Positions 9,567 to 18,667 of a DNA stretch of 64,000 bases are shown piece by piece. Every line of letters starts with the position of its first letter. The first letter of the stretch is position 1. The stretch comes from a virus. Lineage: Duplodnaviria > Caudoviricetes. A program made the translations under genes and the position numbers. A model generated the notes under the pieces. That model did not search any database. It had not been told where the DNA came from and worked only from the letters and a program-made list of their open reading frames with translations. The stretch lies in IMG/VR virus record IMGVR_UViG_2932572697_000002, positions 1 through 64,000 of that record, one strand, 5' to 3'.

Positions 9567-10420
9567 CCACCACCACACGACCCCTCCCCGCGCACGGCAC
9601 CTACGCCCGCGGCAACGGCTGCCGCGGATACCGGGCCCCGTGCCTCTGCAAGCCATGCAAGGACGCGAGGCGACGCACCAACAAGCTGTTCCGGGTCAAC
9701 CGCGAGCGAGGCGTCACATCCTTCGTAGACCCCGCCCCCGCGCAGCAGCACCTTCAGCTGCTCCACCAGACCATGGCCTGGGACGACCTCGCCGCAGCCA
9801 CCGGGCTACCGCTCAGCACCATCAACCTGATCTACGCCGGGCGCCGAACCAAGATCCGTCGCGAGACGCACAACAAGATCCTCAACACCCAGCCCCGCCC
9901 CTCCCGCGCCCAACTCGTAGACGTCACCGGATCCATGCGGCGAGTCCAAGCGCTCATGCGCGTAGGCCACTCCCTGCGAGTCATCGCCACTGAATGCCGG
10001 GCCTCCCGCAACCGCATCCACAGCATCTCCAACGGCGCACAGGACACCATCCGGCGCGAGTTCGCCGAACGCATCGCGGAAGCCTACAAGCGCCTCGCCT
10101 TCCGCCCGCCAGCCCGGGACCGGTTCACCGCGCGAACCATCAACTCGGCCATCGCCCGCGGACTGCACGGCCCCCTGGCGTGGGACGACGAGACGATCGA
10201 AGACCCGAACGCTTCCCCCGACGTGGGCTCCACTCGGGACCAACTGAACCGGGACGAGCTCGCCGCGCACCGCCGGGCGGACGTCGCGCACCTCGACGGG
10301 TTCGGCGTCTCTGTAGAGGAGATTGCCCGCCGCCTGGGCATGGCCGAGTCCACGGTCAAGGGCATCGTCAAGGAGCTCCGCGCTGGCGAACGCCGCGACC
10401 GGTCGAAGGCGGCGGCATGA
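9563..10420 (+). CDS. Multi-HTH DNA-binding protein with N-terminal HGT..Y..GC..C zinc motif
   Basis: HGTYARGNGC..CLCKPC; RRVQALMRVGHS; C-terminal sigma-like HTH (SVEEIARRLGMAESTV). Confidence 0.8.
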   Translation: MTTTTRPLPAHGTYARGNGCRGYRAPCLCKPCKDARRRTNKLFRVNRERGVTSFVDPAPAQQHLQLLHQTMAWDDLAAATGLPLSTINLIYAGRRTKIRRETHNKILNTQPRPSRAQLVDVTGSMRRVQALMRVGHSLRVIATECRASRNRIHSISNGAQDTIRREFAERIAEAYKRLAFRPPARDRFTARTINSAIARGLHGPLAWDDETIEDPNASPDVGSTRDQLNRDELAAHRRADVAHLDGFGVSVEEIARRLGMAESTVKGIVKELRAGERRDRSKAAA

Positions 10421-10647
10421 GCGTCGACCTGAAATGGCGGGACTCCGCCCTCTGCGCCCAGACCGACCCCGACGCCCACTTCCCCGAGGCCGGCAACAGC
10501 AACCGGGCCGCGAAGCGCACCTGCCTGGCATGCGAGGTGCGCGCCGAATGCCTGGCCTACGCGCTCAGGAGTGGCCAGCGCCACGGGGTGTGGGGCGGGC
10601 TCGACCAAAAGCAACTCCGGCAGGCCGCACGGAAGCAGGCCGCATGA
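10417..10647 (+). CDS. whiB: WhiB-family transcription factor
   Basis: W..SALCAQTDPDAHFP..AKRTCLACEVRAECL..GVWGG: four Cys plus GVWGG. Confidence 0.95.
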   Translation: MSVDLKWRDSALCAQTDPDAHFPEAGNSNRAAKRTCLACEVRAECLAYALRSGQRHGVWGGLDQKQLRQAARKQAA

Positions 10648-10730
10648 CAACGGGCGGGCCACCACACGTGGCCCGCCCACAGGCACAACGAAACCCCGCC
10701 GGGGCGGGGGAGGGAGGAGGAGACGTGACG

Positions 10731-11006
10731 TCAGTCCGAGTCGGCGCCGCGGACCCGGTCGAGCGTGCCCTTCGGGACCTTCACGGTGCGCTTCTTCTCC
10801 GGCTCAGGCTCGACCAGTTCCCGCGTCTCACCGAGGGCTTCCAGGGCGCGTTCGTAGAAGTCCATGCCGACGAGGACGGCGACGCGCTTCCCACGGGAGG
10901 TGAGCACGGTCGTCTCGTCGTAGTAGCGGGCCTTCTCGATGGCGTCGGCGAGCGCGTTGCGCGCGTCCGCGATCTTCCTCTGGTGCTCCTTCTTGGGCGC
11001 GGTCAT
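10731..11006 (-). CDS. Orphan Phd/YefM-type antitoxin-like protein
   Basis: IADARNALADAIEKA..ETTVLTSRGKRVAVLV..YE fits the Phd/YefM pattern. Confidence 0.8.
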   Translation of the reverse strand: MTAPKKEHQRKIADARNALADAIEKARYYDETTVLTSRGKRVAVLVGMDFYERALEALGETRELVEPEPEKKRTVKVPKGTLDRVRGADSD

Positions 11007-11029
11007 GTCCGTACTGTACCTCACGAACG

Positions 11030-11068
11030 TCATGTACATCAGCGCGTTGAGCGCTATTGTGTACATGA
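11030..11068. promoter_or_regulatory. Inverted repeat, operator candidate upstream of the Phd-like gene
   Basis: TCATGTACA (11030-38) / TGTACATGA (11060-68) with inner AGCGC/GCGCT. Confidence 0.55.
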
Positions 11069-11165
11069 AGCCAAAGGGGCTCACGCCTCGAACCACCCGG
11101 CCCACAAGGGTCTGGTTCCGTGCGCCCACTCGGCCCCCGCCACCCGTTCCGCGAGAGGGATCGAA

Positions 11166-11597
11166 ATGACCATCGCCGACGACCTGAACCGCACCGGATG
11201 CGACCTCCTGAAACGGCGTGTACGCGCCGCCGAAGCCGTCGCCTGGCAGGCACTCAACATCACCCCCAACCCCAGCGAGACCGCCACCGAGGTCCTCGCC
11301 CGCATCCGCTACGCCGCCGAACGCAACTACCCCGAACTCCTCATCCGGTTCGAGCACAGCCGGCAGGAGATCCTTCCCATCGCCGACGACTGCGGCTGTG
11401 ACCCGGACAGCGACGGCTACGACGACGACCACTGCGAGTCCGGCGAGGGCGGCGAGTACCTGTGCGCCCGCCGCCACCTCGGCTGGGTCTGCGGCACCTG
11501 CGTCAACAAGGACGACGACGGCCCGAGCTGGCGGCCCGACCGCTACGAGTGGCCCTGCGCCGCCATGGCCGCCCTCGACGCCGGGGCCGCCGCGTGA
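11166..11597 (+). CDS. Hypothetical Cys-rich protein
   Basis: GAGGGA RBS; H..CGC..C..C..CGTC..WPC. Confidence 0.7.
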   Translation: MTIADDLNRTGCDLLKRRVRAAEAVAWQALNITPNPSETATEVLARIRYAAERNYPELLIRFEHSRQEILPIADDCGCDPDSDGYDDDHCESGEGGEYLCARRHLGWVCGTCVNKDDDGPSWRPDRYEWPCAAMAALDAGAAA

Positions 11598-12562
11598 GTG
11601 CCGCCCGGGGAAACCCCTTGATCGTCCACGGCTTTGCGGGCATCGGCTGGTCCGAAGCCCTCCCGCCCGGCAGCGGCGAGATCGGGCTGGAACTCAACAC
11701 CGACGCCTGCCGCACCCGCGTCAACGCCGGGCACGCCACCATCCAGTGCGACGTCACCCAATACCCGACCTGGGTCTTCAAAGGCCGGCGCGTCAAGAAG
11801 GTCGACAGCCCGCCCTGCCCCGGCTTCGGCAGGTCCGGCAAGCAGCTCGGCCTCCGCGACCTGCCCCGCGTCCACCAAGCCATCGAAGACCTCTCCCGCG
11901 GCATCGACACCCGGGCCGCCATCGGAGCCGCCTGCCTCGACTGGCGGTCCATCCTCACCGCAGAACCCATGCGGTGGCACTACGACCTGATGCCCGATGC
12001 CATCGCCATGGAACAGGTCCCGTCCGTCCTCCCCGTCTGGGAGCAGTACGCCGAAATCCTCACCCGCTGGGGATACAGCACCGCCACCGGCGTACTCGAC
12101 CCCGCCCACCGCGGCCTCGGCCAGCACCGGCCCCGCGCCGTCCTCCTCGCCTCCCGCACCCAGGAAGTCGCCCTGCCCCCGCGCACCCACGGCGGACTCG
12201 GCCAGCCCCCGCTCGTCGCCATGGCCGACGTCATCGGCTGGGGCTACACCCAACGGCCCGCACCCACCGTCACCGGTGGGGGCACCGCCACCGGTGGTGC
12301 CGAACCCTTCGGGAACGGCACCAGGCAGGCCATGAAGAAGCGCATCGGCACCCCCGAATGGGCCGACCGCGACCGCCCGCACCTCCGCCCCACCGTCGCC
12401 GAGTGCGCCGCCCTCCAGGGCTTCCGTCCCGGCCTCAAGTTCCACGGGCGCGCCGGCTCCCAGCACCTCCAGGTCGGCAACGCCGTCCCCGTCCCCTTCG
12501 CCGCCGACCTCCTCCACGCCGCAGGCATCACCCAGCCCGCACACCAACTGGCCGCCGCGTGA
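11594..12562 (+). CDS. DNA (cytosine-5) methyltransferase
   Basis: Motifs FAGIG (I), SPPCPGF (IV), EQV (VI variant), QHRPR (VIII), RPTVAECAALQGF (IX), QVGNAV (X). Confidence 0.9.
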   Translation: MSAARGNPLIVHGFAGIGWSEALPPGSGEIGLELNTDACRTRVNAGHATIQCDVTQYPTWVFKGRRVKKVDSPPCPGFGRSGKQLGLRDLPRVHQAIEDLSRGIDTRAAIGAACLDWRSILTAEPMRWHYDLMPDAIAMEQVPSVLPVWEQYAEILTRWGYSTATGVLDPAHRGLGQHRPRAVLLASRTQEVALPPRTHGGLGQPPLVAMADVIGWGYTQRPAPTVTGGGTATGGAEPFGNGTRQAMKKRIGTPEWADRDRPHLRPTVAECAALQGFRPGLKFHGRAGSQHLQVGNAVPVPFAADLLHAAGITQPAHQLAAA

Positions 12563-12654
12563 CCGCCCGCCCTGACCCCGCCCCCACCTGACCCGGCCGC
12601 GGGCCCCACACCGCAGCCGCCCGACCTATCCGTACCGCCAGAAGGAAGACCTCC

Positions 12655-13359
12655 ATGGCCGTCTCAAAGCGCCTCCGCTACGAGATCCTCCGCAGGGATC
12701 GGTTCACCTGCCGCTACTGCGGCGCGTCCGCGCCGGACGCACCGATGCGGGTCGATCACGTCACTCCCGTGGCGCTCGGCGGCACCGATCACCCCAGCAA
12801 CCTGGTTGCGGCTTGCGAGCCCTGCAACAGCGGCAAGACCTCAACGATCGAAGGCTTTGTAGACGCGGTGCAGGACGACTCGGTCCCGCCTTCGCTTGAA
12901 GTGCTCACCGACGAGGTCGAGCGTCTTTGGACCGAGGCTTACCTGAGCGTCTACCCCAGCCAGGAGATCACTCTCCGCCAGCTGGAGGAAGTGCGTAGCG
13001 GAGTCAGGGATATGCGCCGACTGGGCATGTCCTCCGACCTGCTCAGAAGGTCAGCCACCGTTGCCGGCTTCAAGGCTGAGACGTTCATCTGCCTGGCCGA
13101 GATCAGCGACCCCCACTGGTTGGCAATCACCAGCGAAGCGTTCCGCGTCTGGCGTTCCCTCTGGTTTCGCAGTACCAACCACACCGCCTGGCCGTCCATG
13201 GAGGACGTCCTTCTCCTCGAATGCAGTGTTGAGCAGGCCATCAACGCCGGCTTGGACCGCTTGACCATCCTTCGGGCTGTGACGCTCGCGGGGCAAGCAA
13301 GGGGCGTCTACATCGAGGACTACCTGGACGCCGCTGTGCGCGAAAGGTGTGGTCTCTGA
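12655..13359 (+). CDS. HNH endonuclease domain protein
   Basis: RYEILRRDRFTCRYCG..VDHVTPVALGG..NLVAACEPCNSGK. Confidence 0.9.
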   Translation: MAVSKRLRYEILRRDRFTCRYCGASAPDAPMRVDHVTPVALGGTDHPSNLVAACEPCNSGKTSTIEGFVDAVQDDSVPPSLEVLTDEVERLWTEAYLSVYPSQEITLRQLEEVRSGVRDMRRLGMSSDLLRRSATVAGFKAETFICLAEISDPHWLAITSEAFRVWRSLWFRSTNHTAWPSMEDVLLLECSVEQAINAGLDRLTILRAVTLAGQARGVYIEDYLDAAVRERCGL

Positions 13360-14510
13360 TGCCGCGCATCCGCACTGTGAAGCCGGAGTTCTGGGAGGAC
13401 GAGCTCCTTGGTGTTGTGCCTCGCGACGCCCGGCTGTTGTTCATCGCGACGTTCAACATGGCGGACGACGAGGGGATCCTGCGTTGGACGCCGGCCTACA
13501 TCAAGGCCCAGGCGTTCATGTACGACGACGACCTCACCCTCAAAGACGTCGACCAGCTCATGCGGTGCCTCACCGACACGGGCCTCCTCTTCTCCTACGT
13601 CGGCGGTGTGGCCAAGCAGCAGATGGCCGTGGTCGTCAACTTCCGTAAGCACCAGCGGATCAACCGGCCCCAGAAGGGCAAGCTGCCTCCGCCCGTGCTG
13701 GGCGCCTGGCCGGTCCGGGAGATGTACGCGCGCCGCGACGGCTGGACGTGCCAGCTGTGCGGCAGCGAGATCCCGCGGCGGATCGTCGTCAACGACGACC
13801 ACAACCTCGCGATCGACCACATCCGCCCCGTGGCCGCCGGGGGCAGCGACCACCCGTCGAACGTCCGCGCCGTGCACCGCGCGTGCGGCCGAAGCCGCTA
13901 CTCCTCGGCAGACGACGAGGAGTTCATCCCGCCTGCCGCACTCTCCGGCCTTGAAGACTCACTGAACGATTCACTGAACCGTTCAGTGAATGACTCAGTG
14001 AACGAATCTCACGCTCAGTCGAACTTCAACCCTCCCGTGGGTACGGATGGTGACTTTTCTTCACTGAACCATTCACTGATGGAAGGGAAGGGAAGGGAAG
14101 GGAACAGGGAAAGGAAGGGAACCCCCCCTACCCCCCGGCAGTCGTCCAGCGGCCCCACCGTCTCGCAGACGGGCGAGAGGGCCATCGAAGACCGGATGAC
14201 CGACGCCTTCCTTGAGCGCTACCGGGCCGGAAACGCCTACAACCCGCGCCAGGTTCGCAAGGCCGTTGCTGACGCTCTCGCGAACGGCACCGACTCCGGT
14301 GAGCTGTGGAAGGCCCTTGAGCGCCTCGGCTCCCTTTCGAAGCCCGTCAGCGCCGGAACCCTCCAGTTCGCCTTCTCCGAACTGCGCACGGCGCAGAACG
14401 CCAGCAACGTCATCACCCTGCGCAACGGCCAGCCCCTCACCGGCACCGACGCAAAGGTCGCCGGCTGGGCAGCCATCGCAGCCTCCTTCGAAGACGAGGA
14501 CTCCGCATGA
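13359..14510 (+). CDS. Phage replication initiator (Rep1) with inserted HNH-like domain and internal iterons
   Basis: MPRIRTVKPEFW..ARLLFI..ADDEG N-terminus typical of phage replisome organisers; RRDGWTCQLC..DHIRP HNH-like insert; iterons at 13959-14080. Confidence 0.8.
   Translation: MPRIRTVKPEFWEDELLGVVPRDARLLFIATFNMADDEGILRWTPAYIKAQAFMYDDDLTLKDVDQLMRCLTDTGLLFSYVGGVAKQQMAVVVNFRKHQRINRPQKGKLPPPVLGAWPVREMYARRDGWTCQLCGSEIPRRIVVNDDHNLAIDHIRPVAAGGSDHPSNVRAVHRACGRSRYSSADDEEFIPPAALSGLEDSLNDSLNRSVNDSVNESHAQSNFNPPVGTDGDFSSLNHSLMEGKGREGNRERKGTPPTPRQSSSGPTVSQTGERAIEDRMTDAFLERYRAGNAYNPRQVRKAVADALANGTDSGELWKALERLGSLSKPVSAGTLQFAFSELRTAQNASNVITLRNGQPLTGTDAKVAGWAAIAASFEDEDSA
13959..14120. repeat. Iteron-like origin inside Rep1
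   Basis: TCA(C/G)TGAA at 13959, 13971, 13983 and 13995 (12-bp period) and again at 14061 and 14073, followed by a GGAAG purine run (14081-14120). Confidence 0.75.
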
Positions 14511-15253
14511 ACCGAAAGGAAGCCGCAGAGCTTCTCAGTCACTGCACTGCCTTCGACAACCGGCAGCCCTCCGCAGCCGCTGCAACCGCATGGGCATCAG
14601 CGCTGCACGACATTCCGTTGGATCAGGACGCTCGGGACGCCGTCGCCGCCTACTACTCGACCCCGCCGAAGGACCCCGACGCCCGCCTGTGGATCCTGCC
14701 GCACCACGTGCGGACCCTTCGCAGCAAGATTCGTTCGGCCCGCCTGGAGAACTTCCAGTACCAGCCGATCGCCGACGAGACACCCCGCGAGTACCTCGCC
14801 CGCTACCGGGGCCAGGTCCAGGCCATCGCCTCCGGGCAGGTCGCCCCGCCCCCGAACCGGCTCGCCCTCGAAGGCGGCCCGTCCGCCAGCTTCATGAAGC
14901 AACTGGAAGACCGCGGGTGGCAGGGCAACCGGACCGTCCCGGACTCGGACGAGGAGTCCCTCGCCGACAGTGTTCGCCGGGCTGGCCCGCTCGGCGTCGA
15001 GTGCCCGGTGTGCTCCGCGGCCCTCGGCCACCCGTGCAAGACCGGCCGTGCCAGCGCCAAGTTCCCGCTCGGCAAGCCGATGACGAAGCCGCACGCCGCC
15101 CGCATCCGCGAGGCGGCCGGTGAGCCGCAGCAGACCGTCGAGGAGCGGGCCGCGCAGGAGCAGCGGATCCGGGAAGCGTCCGCCCGCACCCTGGCCCGCC
15201 TGAAAGCCGAGGCGCACATTCCGGACGCCGAGATCGTCGAGGAGGCGTCGTGA
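14507..15253 (+). CDS. Putative helicase loader / replication accessory protein with zinc finger
   Basis: Directly follows Rep1; EAAELL..FDNR..AW..AL N-terminus; CPVC..C..H..R zinc finger. Confidence 0.65.
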   Translation: MNRKEAAELLSHCTAFDNRQPSAAAATAWASALHDIPLDQDARDAVAAYYSTPPKDPDARLWILPHHVRTLRSKIRSARLENFQYQPIADETPREYLARYRGQVQAIASGQVAPPPNRLALEGGPSASFMKQLEDRGWQGNRTVPDSDEESLADSVRRAGPLGVECPVCSAALGHPCKTGRASAKFPLGKPMTKPHAARIREAAGEPQQTVEERAAQEQRIREASARTLARLKAEAHIPDAEIVEEAS

Positions 15254-15531
15254 CGGACTTCGACGCCTCCGACATCGCGGCGATGCGCCGGGAGGGCGAC
15301 CTCCGCAGCTTCCTCCGCGACCAACTCCGCGCCGGGCGCACCAAGACCACCGCCCCGCCCGTACCGCCGCCGAAACCGCCCGGCCACCGCCCCGGCCACT
15401 GGCCCACCGGGACCAGACCCCCGGACCCGCGGCCCACCCGCCACACCGCAGCCGACTGGCAGCAGGAGCTCGACCGCTACCGGACCGGCCAAGGCCACGA
15501 CAACGACCCCTGCCACTGCGGCAACTGCTGA
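15250..15531 (+). CDS. Hypothetical protein
   Basis: GTGA overlap; Pro-rich; ends CHCGNC. Confidence 0.65.
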   Translation: MTDFDASDIAAMRREGDLRSFLRDQLRAGRTKTTAPPVPPPKPPGHRPGHWPTGTRPPDPRPTRHTAADWQQELDRYRTGQGHDNDPCHCGNC

Positions 15532-15546
15532 CCGAAGGGAAACCCG

Positions 15547-15867
15547 ATGACCACCAAGCGCTACGGCCAGACCGCCCCGATGCCCGACTCGATCCGGCAC
15601 TTCATGCGCGCCGGCCAGCACCCCGCCCGCGCCCTCCCGTGCCCCCACTGCGGGGTTGCCGCCCACAAGCCGTGCCGCATCCCGTCCCGCGGTGTTCCGC
15701 TCGCCCAGGTCCACCAGCAGCGGATCGACGCACGGGCCCAGATGGTGGCCTGCTGCCCCACCTGCCAGGTCGCACCGACCACCCCCTGCCACGCCGACGG
15801 GCGCGCCCTCGCAGACGGGGCCGTCCACCCGGCCCGGCACACCGAAGCCGATCGGAGTGCGGCATGA
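15547..15867 (+). CDS. Tandem phage zinc-finger protein
   Basis: Two CPxC..PC..H..R repeats. Confidence 0.8.
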   Translation: MTTKRYGQTAPMPDSIRHFMRAGQHPARALPCPHCGVAAHKPCRIPSRGVPLAQVHQQRIDARAQMVACCPTCQVAPTTPCHADGRALADGAVHPARHTEADRSAA

Positions 15868-16133
15868 AGATCCGCGCCGACATCGCCGAACTCATCCGCC
15901 AAGGCCACACCAACGCCTCCATCGCCCACCGCCTCGGCTGCGCCCCCACCACTGTCGGCCGGGCCCGGCAAGCGTTGCGGTACCCGCCCGCCGACCGGTT
16001 GGGCCGGCTGTACGCCGAAGCGCTCCCCACCGGGCGGGTGCTGGGCGACCGGCCGACCCGAGTCCAGACCTCACCGGCGCAGGCTGCGGCGAACCGGAAG
16101 GCGCTGCTCGCGGCACTGGCGGAGGCCGCCTGA
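15864..16133 (+). CDS. HTH DNA-binding protein
   Basis: IAELIRQGHTNASIAHRLGCAPTTVGRAR. Confidence 0.75.
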   Translation: MKIRADIAELIRQGHTNASIAHRLGCAPTTVGRARQALRYPPADRLGRLYAEALPTGRVLGDRPTRVQTSPAQAAANRKALLAALAEAA

Positions 16134-16429
16134 TGCGCACGTTGAACCGCGACGAGGGGGACCGGTCATCGGGCGGAGCGCGGGCGCGAGGGCCCAGAAC
16201 CCTCGTCGCGGGCCAGAACGGGGCCTCTCGCGGCCGAACAGGCGTCCAGCGTCCCGGAGTCCCAGCGGGGCGGAGAACGCCAGGGAGACGCCCAGCTGGC
16301 CGATCCGCAAGGCGCCCGCACAGCCACCCCGCCCCCAGACGAACAGATTCCCGGCCAAACCGCCCTGGAACTCCGGCACATGCAACCGACCCTCTGGTCG
16401 CTCTGAACCAACCCACGAAGGAGAAACCC

Positions 16430-16753
16430 ATGACCACCACGACCATCTCCACCTCGGCCGGCCCCGTCACCGTGGCCGCCGAGTCGCCCGCCCCCGGCCT
16501 GCTGATCTTCGAGGTTCCGGCCGAGGTCAGCCCGTTCTCCTCGTACCGGTGGGTTCTGGCCCACCACGAGGGTGCGGCGCTGGCCGCGTTCGAGTCGTCC
16601 GCCGCTGCCGCCCTGGCTGCTGAGGGTGTGGCCGACCTCGCCGACTGGTCCCGCAACGCGATGACCGCGGCCAACCAGATCAGCCTCGGCGGTCACGTCC
16701 AGCGTCTCCAGGCGGTGCTCACGGCCGCCGGTGGCCAGCACCCCAACGCATGA
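16430..16753 (+). CDS. Hypothetical protein (paralogue of 4747..5106)
   Basis: AAGGAG RBS; PAPGL..YRWVLAHHEG..FES..DW. Confidence 0.75.
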   Translation: MTTTTISTSAGPVTVAAESPAPGLLIFEVPAEVSPFSSYRWVLAHHEGAALAAFESSAAAALAAEGVADLADWSRNAMTAANQISLGGHVQRLQAVLTAAGGQHPNA

Positions 16754-16829
16754 CCCACGCACAACCGGCTGCCCCCGTCGCAACCGGGGGCGGCCGGCCC
16801 GCCCAACCTACCGACTCCCTGGAGGAACT

Positions 16830-18422
16830 GTGACTACCCCGCCCACCACCCCTGACCGCCCCGCCGACCAGCTGCAGGCCGCCGCCGACCAGCTGCAGGC
16901 CGCCGCCGAGAAGCTGCGGGCCGCCGCTGCGAACGCCACCGAAGGAGCGTGGGCGATCTGGCGCGACCTCGACCACCAGGGCTACATCACCGTCGGCGAC
17001 GCGGCCGGTGTGATCACGCCCCCGGCGTTGGAGTCGTCCGGGGAGTGCAACCCGGTCGCCCACGTGTACGTCGAGGAGGACGCCGAGCACATCGCCCTGG
17101 TGCACCCCGGGGTCGGTCTCGCCCTGGCCGCCTGGCTGGACGTCGCAGCCGGTCACGCCCGGGAGGGGTTCATGTGCTGCGACAACGGGCCAGACCACTG
17201 CTCCGAGGTCGTCACGCCTGCCCTGGCGGTGGCCCGGCAGCTCCTCGGCACCAGCGCCTCCGCCGAGTGCGGCTGCGACCCGGCACCGCACCGGGAGGAC
17301 GACGGCACGTACTCCCACTGGGCCGGGTGCCCGATCGCCGACGAGCAGCAGGCCGCCGACCTCACCGCCGACGAGGCCCGCGAGATGGTCGACGACCTCA
17401 ACACCGAGCTGTACCAAGCCCGGGACGCGTTGGCGTTCGTCGGGGAGTGCTGCGACATCGCCGACCGGAACCAGCGCCCGATCACGACGGGGGACGTCCG
17501 GGAGTGGTTGCGGGGGGCACGCTGCGGACGGCAGCTCCTCGGCACCAGCACGGGCGAGGACACGGTCGCCGATCCGGAGCCGGACACCGTGCTGCGGGAC
17601 CGGATCGCTGCCGTGCTCTGGCCGCTCACCGACTGGAACGGCGAAGAGCTGAACGCCGTGGCCGCCGCCGACGCGGTTGTCGCCGAGCTGGCCCACGCCG
17701 CCGCCCCGCCCGCGCCTGCCGACCGGGCCGCTGTGCTGCGGGCCGAGGCTGACCGCATCGACGCCATGGACGAGGCCACCAGCCCCCGTCTCGCCGCCGG
17801 GATCACGTGGGCCACGTCGGAGCTGCGCCGTCTGGCCGGTGAGGCTGCCGCCGGGGCACACCAGACCGAGCAGGCGGACACCCTCGCGCCGTGGCTGTAC
17901 CAGCGGTTCATGAACGGCGGCGCGGGCTGGGACCGGCTCGACGAGGACGACCGCTCGTACTGGGAGCACCACGCCCGCGCCGTCCGCCGAGCCGTCGCAC
18001 GCGGCGGATTCAACGGCATCGACCCCAGCCGTCTGCTCGGCATTGAGCAGCCCGCCGACGGCACCGGGTGCACCTGCGGCGGCCGGTTCCCCACGTTCCA
18101 CCTGCACGCCGACACGCACGAGCCCGTCACCACCACCCCCGCTGCCCCTGCCGCGCCCGAGGAGACCACCTGGGTGGGCGCCACGGAACTCGCCTCGGAC
18201 CGGGAGATCGCCAGGGTCGCCGCGACCGGTGTTGTCGGCTACCGGCAGAACCAGGGGCGGCTGCACCACTGCCTCGCCCACAAGCCCGCCCCCGCCAGCC
18301 GGTGGGCCGACTTCCACGAGGTCGGGGCGGACGACCTCGACGACGGCGGGATCTGCGTCTACCGCGACTGCGGCCGAGACCTCCTCGCCGCATGGCCTGC
18401 CGTGCCCGAGGAGACCCGGTGA
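16830..18422 (+). CDS. Mosaic multi-module early protein (Ead/Ea22-like N-terminus)
   Basis: GGAGG RBS + GTG; ATEGAW..DAEHIALVHP Ead/Ea22-like motif; internal in-frame direct repeats. Confidence 0.75.
   Translation: MTTPPTTPDRPADQLQAAADQLQAAAEKLRAAAANATEGAWAIWRDLDHQGYITVGDAAGVITPPALESSGECNPVAHVYVEEDAEHIALVHPGVGLALAAWLDVAAGHAREGFMCCDNGPDHCSEVVTPALAVARQLLGTSASAECGCDPAPHREDDGTYSHWAGCPIADEQQAADLTADEAREMVDDLNTELYQARDALAFVGECCDIADRNQRPITTGDVREWLRGARCGRQLLGTSTGEDTVADPEPDTVLRDRIAAVLWPLTDWNGEELNAVAAADAVVAELAHAAAPPAPADRAAVLRAEADRIDAMDEATSPRLAAGITWATSELRRLAGEAAAGAHQTEQADTLAPWLYQRFMNGGAGWDRLDEDDRSYWEHHARAVRRAVARGGFNGIDPSRLLGIEQPADGTGCTCGGRFPTFHLHADTHEPVTTTPAAPAAPEETTWVGATELASDREIARVAATGVVGYRQNQGRLHHCLAHKPAPASRWADFHEVGADDLDDGGICVYRDCGRDLLAAWPAVPEETR
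16861..16909 (+). repeat. 21-bp tandem repeat (ADQLQAA x2)
   Basis: CCGCCGACCAGCTGCAGGCCG repeated in tandem. Confidence 0.8.
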
Positions 18423-18619
18423 CCACCCTCGCCGCCGTACTGGCCGCGCTCACCGTCGGGTACGGGCTCGGCCGCTGGAAGCCGTGGCGGCGCCTGACCC
18501 GCTGGGCGGACTACCGGATGCGGGACGACGGCCGCTGGTGGGCCGCCAACCCGGTGCACGCCGCCCTGTACGTCGCCACCCACCCGCGCAGCTTGCTGAA
18601 CGCCTACCGCAACCGCTGA
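18419..18619 (+). CDS. Small membrane-anchored protein
   Basis: GTGA overlap; hydrophobic N-terminus. Confidence 0.6.
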   Translation: MTTLAAVLAALTVGYGLGRWKPWRRLTRWADYRMRDDGRWWAANPVHAALYVATHPRSLLNAYRNR

Positions 18620-18667
18620 CCCCCGCCCCTGCTGCCGGGTGATCCCGGCCCAACCACGGAGACCCAC

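Noticed and set aside
17235-18416. Diversity-generating retroelement TR/VR pairs
   Set aside because: Repeats are only 21 bp, show no adenine-specific variation, and there is no reverse transcriptase in the window.
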